This document shows positions 10,379-19,621 of a stretch of DNA of 64,000 nucleotides, in pieces. The first letter of the stretch is position 1. Every line of letters starts with the position of its first letter. Both the position numbers and the translations under genes were made by a program. Origin of the DNA: Alphaproteobacteria bacterium (lineage in GTDB: Bacteria > Pseudomonadota > Alphaproteobacteria > Rickettsiales > JABSSG01); NCBI GenBank assembly GCA_030431375.1, contig JAUIIY010000001.1, positions 183,280 to 247,279 of the forward strand, in the 5' to 3' direction. Under the pieces are notes generated by a model that had not been told where the DNA came from, searched no databases, and was given only the letters and a program-made list of their open reading frames with translations.

Positions 10379-11092
10379 CTAAAAAAATAACTTGAAGCAC
10401 TTTATAACCCTAATGAGTAGTTTAATAATACGCCCGTAATAGTACCATAGGCGTGTGTATAAGTCAATTTGGACTGCTAGAGCAGCAAACCACATGGCAA
10501 ACAACACATCACTAAACCAATGCGCCCCAACAAAAATCCGAGGAATTATCATTAGCAAGGCAACTATAAATGCATACATGCTTATTCTACTAGAAGAATA
10601 TCTGCAGAGAGACAGCCACCAATATGAAGCCGTAAAAGCATGCCCTCCTGGGAAAGATCTTGTAGATGAAATTTTTATCTCTGGATCATTAAATATCTCA
10701 GACAAATTATATTGCAAAGGCAAAGCTAGCGAAGGAGAGTCCCTGGTTAAATCCAAAATATCTGTAAAAATTAGGTTGATAATCGCCAACCATAGCTGAA
10801 GCCCAACAAAAATAGCTGCTATATTCGTTGCATTTTCTCTCTTTTGGGATTTATCGCTGTAAATATATGCCAAAATGCTTACAGCTATGACAAACACCAA
10901 ATTCAGCTTTCTTTCATAGGAATGATTAAGGTAACCAAAGAAATATTGCAGTGCTTTTATGCTGAGAACTGAGTTAGCTAGAAAAAAGATTTTATGGTCA
11001 AGATACTCAATCAAACCATGAGTTGGTGGTAAAAAACAAATGGCACAAATAAAAAAAAGCCAAAAAATTGATATTGCTCTTCTGTTAAACAA
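10379..11092 (-). CDS. PAP2-family membrane phosphatase
   Basis: 237 aa, polytopic; PGGHAF and GAHWFSDV correspond to PAP2 motifs C2 and C3. Confidence 0.65.
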   Translation of the reverse strand: MFNRRAISIFWLFFICAICFLPPTHGLIEYLDHKIFFLANSVLSIKALQYFFGYLNHSYERKLNLVFVIAVSILAYIYSDKSQKRENATNIAAIFVGLQLWLAIINLIFTDILDLTRDSPSLALPLQYNLSEIFNDPEIKISSTRSFPGGHAFTASYWWLSLCRYSSSRISMYAFIVALLMIIPRIFVGAHWFSDVLFAMWFAALAVQIDLYTRLWYYYGRIIKLLIRVIKCFKLFF

Positions 11093-11098
11093 AATCTA

Positions 11099-12775
11099 CT
11101 ACCTCGATAAACCAGATAGAATACCACCAATTTTACCTAAGCCATTTTCTAGAACATTTTGAATTTTTTCACCTTTCTTTTTGGGCAGGAATTTTTTAAT
11201 GTTACGCGACACTTCACCAACCACCAAGTCTGTTTTAAAATTACGCCACATTTGCTCAAACTGACTTGAGCTATAATTACCAACTGCTGGATATTTCTCT
11301 TCAAAAGTTTTTTGTGCAGAAACTTCCAGTAAATCTGTATTTGATGGATCATTTGAGATTTTCAAAATGAAATTTTTAATTTTCTCGCCAACTGCCCTGC
11401 TTATTTTGAAATTTCCACCGCTAGCAAAGGAAACTAGCGAATTTGAATTTCCTATAGCCGAAGCAAAAGATAAAATTTCATCGACTAATCTTTGGTAATT
11501 TTTCACAGCTAAATCAAATTCATATTTTTCCTGATTATTTTTTACTAAATATTTTCCTTTCAATGCAGCACTATAAAGGTCGGTATTTATTTCAGCTTTT
11601 TTCACATCAACAAAAGAATTATTATTTTTACCTTTGTAATTTAATTTTGCCAAAAGTTTTATCTCACCAAACTCGTGCATTTTAGGAACATATGAGTTTG
11701 CAGAGCTAGATTTTGAAGATTTATTTAGAGAGTTCAAAATTTTCTCTAATGTAGAGTTACCCACTGAAAAACTAGGCATTAGCTCAAGAAGGCTACCACT
11801 ATATTTATCAGCCAGATGGTACCATTTATCACTAAAACTAACCTTACCTTCAAGATCAGTCTCAATTTTAGCCTCTTTAGCCATAGCAAAATCTGCAACA
11901 CCTGAGAAATTTAATTTAACCAAATCATCATGTAACTTTAACTTATCAACTTTAACATCACCCTTATTAGCGAGGTCTCCTGAATATTTAATTAAGATAT
12001 TATGGTTTATTGCACCTCTTTCAGCAAAATTGAAAACCTTAAAATATTTCCTTATTTTGCTATCCACCTTGTTAACGGCAGCATCTATATTTGCAACATT
12101 ATTCATCGCATAATTAATCAAGTTTTGAAAGCTTTGGCTAAATATGGCATTCACTAAAAACTCTTTTAGCTCAATTTTATATTTGTTTTTGCCAGCACTA
12201 TCCAGAGATAGCTTAAGCTCATATTCATCTATATTCAGCATGATAGTGTTGCTAAGCAGATCAACCACTTTTAGCTTGTCCCCAGATATTTTAATATAAT
12301 CTATAATTTTAAAAATCGCCTTGGGATCATCGCTAAGCGACGTAATATTGCTTAAGAAACTGCTAGATATTGGAGATGATTGTAAATTTACGATATAGTA
12401 AGTGCCCTCTTTTGCAGAAGCCTTTATTTTTAACCTATATCCACTAAGATTTCCAACTACGGAAGCTGGCCCATTAGTGGTTAAAGATATTTTTTCAGCA
12501 AATAAGCCTGCTTTTAATACACAGTCACCATCAATTTTTATCGATACCTTATTTGAACCATCATTAAAATTATATTCTGGATTAATAATTGTAATGTTAA
12601 AACTAAACGGAAAGCCTCCGACTTTAAAGGAATCATATTTCAAAGGGATATTATTGGATTTTAGAGTTTCCTCAAATTTAGAATTGATCATATATGAAGC
12701 AAAAAACCAAGCTCCACAGAATAAAAGCACCAATATGATCAGAAACGATAATAAAAACTTCTTCATTTTACACAC
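11099..12775 (-). CDS. Hypothetical membrane-anchored protein (558 aa)
   Basis: Long uninterrupted ORF with an N-terminal TM (LLSFLIILVLLFCGAWFFA). No family recognised. Its start overlaps the response-regulator stop by 13 nt. Confidence 0.5.
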   Translation of the reverse strand: MCKMKKFLLSFLIILVLLFCGAWFFASYMINSKFEETLKSNNIPLKYDSFKVGGFPFSFNITIINPEYNFNDGSNKVSIKIDGDCVLKAGLFAEKISLTTNGPASVVGNLSGYRLKIKASAKEGTYYIVNLQSSPISSSFLSNITSLSDDPKAIFKIIDYIKISGDKLKVVDLLSNTIMLNIDEYELKLSLDSAGKNKYKIELKEFLVNAIFSQSFQNLINYAMNNVANIDAAVNKVDSKIRKYFKVFNFAERGAINHNILIKYSGDLANKGDVKVDKLKLHDDLVKLNFSGVADFAMAKEAKIETDLEGKVSFSDKWYHLADKYSGSLLELMPSFSVGNSTLEKILNSLNKSSKSSSANSYVPKMHEFGEIKLLAKLNYKGKNNNSFVDVKKAEINTDLYSAALKGKYLVKNNQEKYEFDLAVKNYQRLVDEILSFASAIGNSNSLVSFASGGNFKISRAVGEKIKNFILKISNDPSNTDLLEVSAQKTFEEKYPAVGNYSSSQFEQMWRNFKTDLVVGEVSRNIKKFLPKKKGEKIQNVLENGLGKIGGILSGLSR

Positions 12776-13218
12776 AAATATTTAATTTCACCTTCAGTAA
12801 CAAAATGCAGTTCATCTACAGCATTACATATTGCACTTAATTTATCAAAATTTATTGGCTTATCATAAAGTGCTAAGGCCCCTAATTTTTTGAATTCTTC
12901 TGTCTTTTCAAATTTGATAATTCCTGAAAACATAACAACAGGTATATGCTTCAAAACATCATCCTTCTTTATTTTTTTCAAAACCTCATCACCATCCATA
13001 GTAATTAGCCTTTGATCAAGCAATATCAAATCTGGAAGCCTTTTTTCTGAGTCTTTAAACCTACCCTTAAATCTAAGATAGTCTAATGCCTCCGTACCAT
13101 CTCTAACATGATCCATTTGAACTTCGGTCTGCTCACGTCTAAGAACCATCATATTCAAAATATATTCATTCTTACTATCTTCAACAAACAGCACTTTAGC
13201 TAATTTTTTTTCAGACAT
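12763..13218 (-). CDS. Single-domain response regulator (receiver only)
   Basis: 151 aa; VLFVEDS acidic pocket, PDLILLDQRL phospho-acceptor Asp context, VVMFSG and a later K. No output domain. Confidence 0.8.
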   Translation of the reverse strand: MSEKKLAKVLFVEDSKNEYILNMMVLRREQTEVQMDHVRDGTEALDYLRFKGRFKDSEKRLPDLILLDQRLITMDGDEVLKKIKKDDVLKHIPVVMFSGIIKFEKTEEFKKLGALALYDKPINFDKLSAICNAVDELHFVTEGEIKYLCVK

Positions 13219-13267
13219 ATCCGTAAATTCTTTTCATTACTAAAATAATTATAACCGAAATCGAAAA

Positions 13268-13313
13268 TGGCGCAACCGGCAGGATTCGAACCTGCGACCC
13301 CAAGATTAGGAAT
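13268..13313 (-). repeat. Distal att repeat: exact copy of the 3' 46 nt of tRNA-Arg(CCT)
   Basis: tggcgcaaccggcaggattcgaacctgcgaccccaagattaggaat is identical to 30691-30736, checked base by base. The tRNA 5' half is absent here. Confidence 0.9.
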
Positions 13314-13453
13314 GTCAGGCGAGAAAATTACTGATATTTTATCTATATCTATAATCCTTTATCAGTCTTGCATTTTCCATTTCAAAGCATATATTACATT
13401 TTATGAAAATCAACCTAATTTAATCTAATTTGTATAACATACGTAGAACATAA

Positions 13454-14602
13454 ATGACAAAAAAAATTAATTTCACTCAAACTTTACTTAGCACTTTTCC
13501 TCCTCCTAAAAAAGGTACAAGAACTTACTATTATGATTCAAAAGTACCAGGTCTAGGCATAATGATATTTCCATCTGGAACAAAAACCTTTTTTCTTTAT
13601 AAACGCATTCATGACAAACCTGTAAAAGTAAAGCTTGGCAGATTTCAAGAAATCAGTGTTGAGCAGGCTAGAAATTTAGCTTTTAGAAATCTAAATGATA
13701 TTGCCAATGGGATAGATCCAAACGAGGAAAAGAAGAAACTTAGAAATCAGTCAACTTTCAAAGAATTGGCAGAGCGTTTTATTAATGAATATTCTAAGCA
13801 TAGAAAAAAATCTTGGAAGAACGACTTGGGATATTATACAAATCATCTAAAATTACTTGATAGAAAAAATCTTTCCAGCATAACCCCAACATTTTTGGAA
13901 AAGCTCCACAACAATATCAAGACAGATAAAGGTCTTTATGCAGCAAACCGTGTACTTGCATTATTAAAAACTATGTTTAATAAAGCTATCGATTGGGGAT
14001 ATAGTGGCAGCAACCCAACCTCTAAAATTAAAAAATTTGCTGAGAAAACTAGAGATAGAGCGATACAACCTCATGAATTAAAAAAATTTTTTGAATCTTT
14101 AAAACGTGAGAGCAACATTTTTTTCAAAGCATATATTTATATGAGCCTTTTAACTGGGGCTAGGAGGCAAAATGTTCTATCTATGCGTTGGCAAGACATC
14201 AATTTTGGTGATTGCGAATGGATTATCAAGGATACAAAAAACGGAGAGCCTCATACAGTTTCTTTAGTACCACAAGCTATTGACACACTTAAGGAACTTG
14301 AAAAATATTCAGGCTGTGAATGGGTATTCCCAAGTCACACAAGTAAATCAGGGCATTTAGAGGAGCCAAAAAAGGCATGGAAAAGATTGCTGGAAAGAGC
14401 TGACATCTCTGACTTACGTATCCACGATTTACGCAGAACTATGGCCAGCTGGCAAGTACGAACTGGTGCTAATAGCTTTATTATCAGTAAAACTCTGGGA
14501 CACAAAACTCAACAAGCCACAGCGATTTATGCCAGGGTTAGTAGAGATGTTGCTCGAGAGTCTATGGAAAATGCAGTGAATGCAATGTTTAAATATAACT
14601 AA
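13454..14602 (+). CDS. int: Tyrosine recombinase / P4-type phage integrase
   Basis: 382 aa. N-terminal arm-binding-type region (YYYDSKVPGLGIMIFPSGTKTFFLYKR) and catalytic residues in LTGARRQN, HDLRRT and LGHKTQQATAIYARV. Confidence 0.9.
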   Translation: MTKKINFTQTLLSTFPPPKKGTRTYYYDSKVPGLGIMIFPSGTKTFFLYKRIHDKPVKVKLGRFQEISVEQARNLAFRNLNDIANGIDPNEEKKKLRNQSTFKELAERFINEYSKHRKKSWKNDLGYYTNHLKLLDRKNLSSITPTFLEKLHNNIKTDKGLYAANRVLALLKTMFNKAIDWGYSGSNPTSKIKKFAEKTRDRAIQPHELKKFFESLKRESNIFFKAYIYMSLLTGARRQNVLSMRWQDINFGDCEWIIKDTKNGEPHTVSLVPQAIDTLKELEKYSGCEWVFPSHTSKSGHLEEPKKAWKRLLERADISDLRIHDLRRTMASWQVRTGANSFIISKTLGHKTQQATAIYARVSRDVARESMENAVNAMFKYN

Positions 14603-14817
14603 CAGTTTCCAGAAGTTAATTTCAATATATAACCGCTCTTAAGAACCTTATGAAAAAATTCACATTTTGATCTTACTGACCTTACCCCCGAAATTATGAG
14701 TCGAAGTTAGGAGACATTTCTAAAATAAATTACCTCAAACACACCCTGGATGCAATGTCCCAAATAAGAATTGTACGGGTTCAATACATAGTCTCATTTC
14801 TTGATTAAATAAACTTA

Positions 14818-15858
14818 CTAAACTGTTTCTTTAATTAAACTAACTGTATAGTTGATATCTTCAGCGTTAATATCTAGGTGAGTAATGGCCCTTATTTTGT
14901 CATTAATTATTCCCAACCTTACATTATATTTACTCAAACTTTTAAGAAGCCCTTCATTATTTGTTTTAGCATTATTATTTAAAGAGAAATATATAATATT
15001 AGTTTTGAACTGGGTTTTATCTATATCAATTTGAGGGATTTCATATAATAACTCGGCAAATAGTTTTGCCATTTTATGATCACCTTTTAGTCTAGACACA
15101 TTATTTTCTAGTCCATACAAACATGCAGCTGCAATAATACCAGCTTGGTGCATTCCGCCGCCTAATTGAAATTTATAGTACCAAGCCTCCTCAATAAAGC
15201 TTTTACTGCCTAAAAGGGCTGCTCCAATGGGTGCCCCCAAGCCTTTCGCGAAATCAATATAAACAGAATCAAAATACTGACAATATTCTTTAGGCGAAAT
15301 ATTAGTTTCAATAGACGCATTGAATAACCTAGCTCCATCCATGTGCAACCCAACTCCAAGCCGATCACATAGAGAGTGGATCCTTTTGATATTCTCGACT
15401 GGCCATATCGCTCCACCTCCAAAATTAGTTGTTTGTTCTATTGAAACGACCCTTGGACGTGGTATATTCCTTTTTTTTGGGGAGGTTAGTATGGTGTATA
15501 TATCTTCTACATCAAAAACCCCGTTCACTCCATTTATAGTATTTACAGAAGCGCCTACAACCCCTGGGATTAAGCCGGATTGAGTATTTAGTGGATGTGC
15601 AGTTTTATCAAGGATAATACAATCTCCAGGTCTCTTAATCAACGTTTTAAAGGCTATCAAATTAGCCATTGTGCCCGAAGGAAGAAAAATACCATCTTCT
15701 TTTCCAAGCAACTCACAGCAAGTTTCGATTAGTTTATTTACAGTTGGGTCTTCACCGGCCACTTCGTTCCCCACTTCTGCTGCAAACATAGCTTGTCGCA
15801 TTCCGTAGGAAACATTAGTGTTAGTATCACTAAAAAAATCAATAAATTTATTTTTCAT
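14818..15858 (-). CDS. Threonine-aldolase-family PLP enzyme (Beta_elim_lyase), paralog 1
   Basis: 346 aa; FFSDTNT, VAGEDPTVNKL, PSGTMANL, HMDGARLFNA and DFAKGLGAPIG (PLP Lys context). Confidence 0.8.
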   Translation of the reverse strand: MKNKFIDFFSDTNTNVSYGMRQAMFAAEVGNEVAGEDPTVNKLIETCCELLGKEDGIFLPSGTMANLIAFKTLIKRPGDCIILDKTAHPLNTQSGLIPGVVGASVNTINGVNGVFDVEDIYTILTSPKKRNIPRPRVVSIEQTTNFGGGAIWPVENIKRIHSLCDRLGVGLHMDGARLFNASIETNISPKEYCQYFDSVYIDFAKGLGAPIGAALLGSKSFIEEAWYYKFQLGGGMHQAGIIAAACLYGLENNVSRLKGDHKMAKLFAELLYEIPQIDIDKTQFKTNIIYFSLNNNAKTNNEGLLKSLSKYNVRLGIINDKIRAITHLDINAEDINYTVSLIKETV

Positions 15859-16906
15859 CTAAAATTTCCTCTATTACGTCTTGCAGTATATCAGATGCAA
15901 TGTGAACATCTTCTTCGTTAACATCCAAACAAACCACAGCCCTAATTTGATAATCGAGCCAAGGAAATAACAACAGACCCCTTGACTCGCATCTAGTAAG
16001 AAAATCTTCACTTGAAATCCCTAGCCTTGTGATATCAAATCCGACTATATTAGTTTCAACTTTATTGATGATTTTTATCAATGGGAGGTTTGATATTTTT
16101 TCTTCTAGCTTTTTTGCTAGATTATTATCAATTTTGAGTCTTTCTAAGTGGTTTTCTAACGCATATTTTGAAGCCCTTGCGTTGAAGCCAATTTGATGAT
16201 ACCCACTTCCCAACCAAACTAAAAAACGTTGAGCTTTTTCTATAGTTTCTTTGCTTCCTAATAAAACAGAACCAAATGGAGCTCCTAAACCTTTAGAAGT
16301 GCAAAAACTTAATGTATCAGAATATTTAGCATATTCTTTTAATGAAATTTTGGTTTCTACATGAGCATTAAATATCCGCGCACCATCCAAATGGAGTTTA
16401 ATCCCCTCATTTTTTAGAAAGGCATATAATTCTTTCTGTACTTCAAATGGGAATATTCTCCCCTGCCGACTATTTATACTATTCTCTATACTTACCAATT
16501 TAACTTGTGAGAAAAGCTTATATCTTTGTTTTGTACCTATGGCATTAACTATATCTTCTATCCTTAAAATACCATCTTCTGTGTTGACAGTATTCACCAC
16601 AACATTACAAATCCTTGCCATTGCACCACTGTCAAAAAAATTAACATGGTACCCATATTCTGTTACTACCTCATCACCAGGGGAGGTTTGAGATAAAAAC
16701 GCAAGCCTATTGGCAAGCATTCCGCTTGTAGTATATAAGGCGTCTTCAACCTCAAACAGCTCCTTGCAATACTCAATAAGTTTTAGATATTCTATATCCT
16801 CACCATAGGCATAGTCACCAACTTGTGCTTGCATCATATCATTAACAAGCTTTTTAGAGGGTCTACTTGTAGTGTCACTTCGCAAATCTATAAATTTTTT
16901 ATTCAT
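15848..16906 (-). CDS. Threonine-aldolase-family PLP enzyme (Beta_elim_lyase), paralog 2
   Basis: 352 aa; DLRSDTTSRPS, YGEDIEYLKL, HLDGARIFNA and CTSKGLGAPFGS, closely paralleling E. coli LtaE motifs. The start abuts the exporter stop. Confidence 0.85.
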   Translation of the reverse strand: MNKKFIDLRSDTTSRPSKKLVNDMMQAQVGDYAYGEDIEYLKLIEYCKELFEVEDALYTTSGMLANRLAFLSQTSPGDEVVTEYGYHVNFFDSGAMARICNVVVNTVNTEDGILRIEDIVNAIGTKQRYKLFSQVKLVSIENSINSRQGRIFPFEVQKELYAFLKNEGIKLHLDGARIFNAHVETKISLKEYAKYSDTLSFCTSKGLGAPFGSVLLGSKETIEKAQRFLVWLGSGYHQIGFNARASKYALENHLERLKIDNNLAKKLEEKISNLPLIKIINKVETNIVGFDITRLGISSEDFLTRCESRGLLLFPWLDYQIRAVVCLDVNEEDVHIASDILQDVIEEILDEK

Positions 16907-18574
16907 TCAAACATTAACAAATTCTTTATAATACTTATTTCTATATATACTCTCTGTTTTACTGTCACCGGTAATTTTTCCGTTTTCCACAACTATTGTT
17001 CTGGTCATTAGCTTTAGCAATGCTGGGTTATGTGTAATCAGAATAAGATTGTTAATTTTCGGATTAGCAATAATGTTTGCTACTATTTTCTTTGCTGTCA
17101 CTGGGTCTATAAAAGAGGTCGGTTCATCTAAAATAAGCAATTTCACATCGTGGTATAATGCTCTCGCTATAAGGAGTCTTTGTTTTTGTCCAACAGATAA
17201 ATTTTTTACATCAAGGGTGTCTATGAAATCATCACAAAAACTATCCATAACCGCCCTCTCAAATCTACTTTTGTTAAATTGAGACCCATAAATTATATTT
17301 TCTTTGGCCGATCTATCAAATAAATAAGGCTCTTGTTGTATATAGAGTATGTTCTTGTTGTAATTCCCAATCAAAGATGAGTTATTGTTTATTCTTATCT
17401 GTCCATCATCTGGTTTTAGAAAGCCAACTATAAGTTTTGCAATTGTGGTTTTCCCAGAGCCTGAAGGGCCTATCATTCCAACTAACTCCCCTCTTTGAAA
17501 CTTCAAATTTATATTATTAATGATTTTTTTACCATCTGGATTAAAAGATACCTCCAACAATTCTAAGTTTCTCACTTCTTCTACAAAAATATTGTTATGA
17601 TTCTTTACAGAGTCTTCAAGAGCCTGTGTTCTTACTTGATTCAGCTCAATAATAAACCCCATATCTTGATATAACTCTACTAAATGCAGACAAAACCTCC
17701 AAACATCCCTTCTATATATTACTGCTGAACCAAGAATAAAAAAGAACTCTCCCGTTGTAATCGTATGTTCATCCAATAAGCAAAGTGAATAATATATTAA
17801 GCCTCCAAAGAAAATAATTGAGGCAATACTTCTACCCAAATCTACAAAAAACAATCCCCACTCAAGACTTCTTTTTGTATTAACTTGATTATCAATATCT
17901 GCACAATATTTATTGTACTCGTACAGCTCTCTTTTTAAAATTTTGACACAAATGTAGTTTTTCAATACATCATTTAGTTTCCATATTAGTTTATTAAAGT
18001 TTACTGCATGTTTGGTAGATAAATTCACAATATAACCTACAGGAATTAAGCTGATGATTATCATTGCGGTTATCCATACTAAAAAATAATATGCTAACAA
18101 TTTTGATGAAAAGCTGATGATAATTACTGTAGCGATAAAGCCAAAGCTCACCGCCAGAACCCCATAGAAAATAAGTTTGAGAAAATTTTCAATTGTATTG
18201 TGGATATTTACAATTTTGCTAGAGGTGGAACTTGAATCATTTTTTATATGGAAATGAACTGAAACATATAAAATTTCTTTTAATAATTGCTTCTGAATAT
18301 TAGAGATATGAGTTGGTAGTAAATTGATTAATAGAATGTTGGTGAGTTTTATCAATAGTTCAACTATAAAAAAAATACCCACTATTATCAGCGCAGTTTT
18401 GGAGACAGAGTTTGCAAGTGCAATACCTGCATCTATTTGTAACCTAATTAAATAAAGGACTATAGTTTCTGCGGAGGTCCAAGTTAATATGAATATTACA
18501 GATATAGCCCACCATTTCCATGATTTCTGAAAGTCTAAGATTATACTATGTTTTAACTCTTTAATTAAAATCAT
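16907..18574 (-). CDS. ABC exporter, fused permease + ATPase
   Basis: 555 aa; about 300 aa with 6 TM, then Walker A GPSGSGKTT, signature LSVGQKQRLLIARAL and Walker B LLILDEPTS. No peptidase domain. Confidence 0.85.
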   Translation of the reverse strand: MILIKELKHSIILDFQKSWKWWAISVIFILTWTSAETIVLYLIRLQIDAGIALANSVSKTALIIVGIFFIVELLIKLTNILLINLLPTHISNIQKQLLKEILYVSVHFHIKNDSSSTSSKIVNIHNTIENFLKLIFYGVLAVSFGFIATVIIISFSSKLLAYYFLVWITAMIIISLIPVGYIVNLSTKHAVNFNKLIWKLNDVLKNYICVKILKRELYEYNKYCADIDNQVNTKRSLEWGLFFVDLGRSIASIIFFGGLIYYSLCLLDEHTITTGEFFFILGSAVIYRRDVWRFCLHLVELYQDMGFIIELNQVRTQALEDSVKNHNNIFVEEVRNLELLEVSFNPDGKKIINNINLKFQRGELVGMIGPSGSGKTTIAKLIVGFLKPDDGQIRINNNSSLIGNYNKNILYIQQEPYLFDRSAKENIIYGSQFNKSRFERAVMDSFCDDFIDTLDVKNLSVGQKQRLLIARALYHDVKLLILDEPTSFIDPVTAKKIVANIIANPKINNLILITHNPALLKLMTRTIVVENGKITGDSKTESIYRNKYYKEFVNV

Positions 18575-18610
18575 TTAAATATTTGACAAAGATACTATTA
18601 CTAGTTAACA

Positions 18611-19621
18611 ATGATATTTGATAATGTCCATAAAAAGTTTATGAGAGTCTTTGTAAGCGGAACGCTTGGTCTTGTTGGGAGAGCTTTAGTTGATTACTTA
18701 AAGGAAAGAAGGATTTCTTGCGTCACTGCTGATATCAGGTCTCCTATAGGGCAATCGGATCATATCAACATATGCGAAAAGGAAAAACTTCAAGCCGTTA
18801 TAAGTAATTGCGATGGAGTTATACACTTAGCAGCGGTGTCACGAATTGCTTGGGGAGAGCAGGCTCCTAAGGTTTGTGACATGATAAATATAATGGGCAC
18901 AAAAAACATTCTAGATGCTTGTATAAATGCCCCAAAAAAACCTTGGCTGGTCTTTGCAAGCAGTCGTGAAGTATACGGTCAACAAGAAACCTTTCCAATT
19001 AAAGAGGAGTGCACTTTCAACCCTAGAAATGTGTATGCAAAATCAAAGCTTGCTGCCGAAAAACTTGTTGAAGAAGCTTCTAATAATGGTCTTAGGGCTT
19101 TTATTGCAAGATTCTCAAACGTATATGGTGGTATGAATGACCATCGTGACAGAGTGGTGCCAGCCTTTTGTATAAATGCCATTAATAATGATCCTTTAAG
19201 GATAGATGGTGCTGATTGTATATATGACTTTACTCATATTAACGATGTGGTAGAGGGAATATTTAAAATTATTTCATTTATCACTTTCGAAAGATATTCA
19301 TATATTCCAAAAGTTCACTTTACAACAGGAAAACCTACTTCGCTTTTGGAGCTAGCTGAAAAGATTATAGCTTGTACCGGAAGCAATGCGCAACTTGATA
19401 TTAAAGAAGCCAGGCCTTATAGCACCCATAAATTTTATGGTGATAATACAAAAGCAAAAGAATTACTTAATTGGTCACCTCAAGTACCCATTGACGTTGG
19501 TATAAAAAAATTTATCACAGACTTGAAAACAACTAATAAAAGTCAGGCTATTTATAATAATAAATTTGTATTTGAGAATGAGAATTTTAAAAGTTATTCA
19601 TGGTTACCCTCCTCGATATAG
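18611..19621 (+). CDS. NAD-dependent epimerase/dehydratase (extended SDR)
   Basis: 336 aa; VFVSGTLGLVGRAL (GxxGxxG), SSREVYG and YAKSK (YxxxK). The likely true start is MRVFVSG at 18641. Confidence 0.85.
   Translation: MIFDNVHKKFMRVFVSGTLGLVGRALVDYLKERRISCVTADIRSPIGQSDHINICEKEKLQAVISNCDGVIHLAAVSRIAWGEQAPKVCDMINIMGTKNILDACINAPKKPWLVFASSREVYGQQETFPIKEECTFNPRNVYAKSKLAAEKLVEEASNNGLRAFIARFSNVYGGMNDHRDRVVPAFCINAINNDPLRIDGADCIYDFTHINDVVEGIFKIISFITFERYSYIPKVHFTTGKPTSLLELAEKIIACTGSNAQLDIKEARPYSTHKFYGDNTKAKELLNWSPQVPIDVGIKKFITDLKTTNKSQAIYNNKFVFENENFKSYSWLPSSI

Noticed and set aside
451-12785. Multiple 60-150-aa ORFs nested antisense inside pdhA, trpS, cinA-like, map, radC, pentapeptide, hydrolase, SBP, PAP2 and the 558-aa gene (e.g. 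451-753, 3175-3607, 4200-4682, 5682-6146, 6356-6938, 8013-8195, 9615-9812, 10455-10799, 12402-12785)
   Set aside because: All overlap well-supported genes on the opposite strand or in another frame. They have Phe/Ile/Leu/Ser-rich, motif-free translations typical of AT-rich shadow frames.
14735-14797. 20-aa minus-strand mini-ORF MRLCIEPVQFLFGTLHPGCV, just downstream of the aldolase operon, considered as a Cys-containing RiPP precursor for the radical SAM/SPASM enzyme
   Set aside because: It has no convincing Shine-Dalgarno sequence (..tttaatcaagaaATG), is extremely short, has no leader-like region, and lies in a convergent intergenic spacer. It cannot be distinguished from chance. It is only worth revisiting if homologous clusters show a conserved peptide.
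18583-18611. TTGACA hexamer in the 36-bp divergent gap between the exporter and epimerase genes, considered as a -35 box
   Set aside because: The best -10 candidate at 17-bp spacing is TAACAA, a poor match. In AT-rich DNA such hexamers are frequent, so this is not supportable without TSS data.
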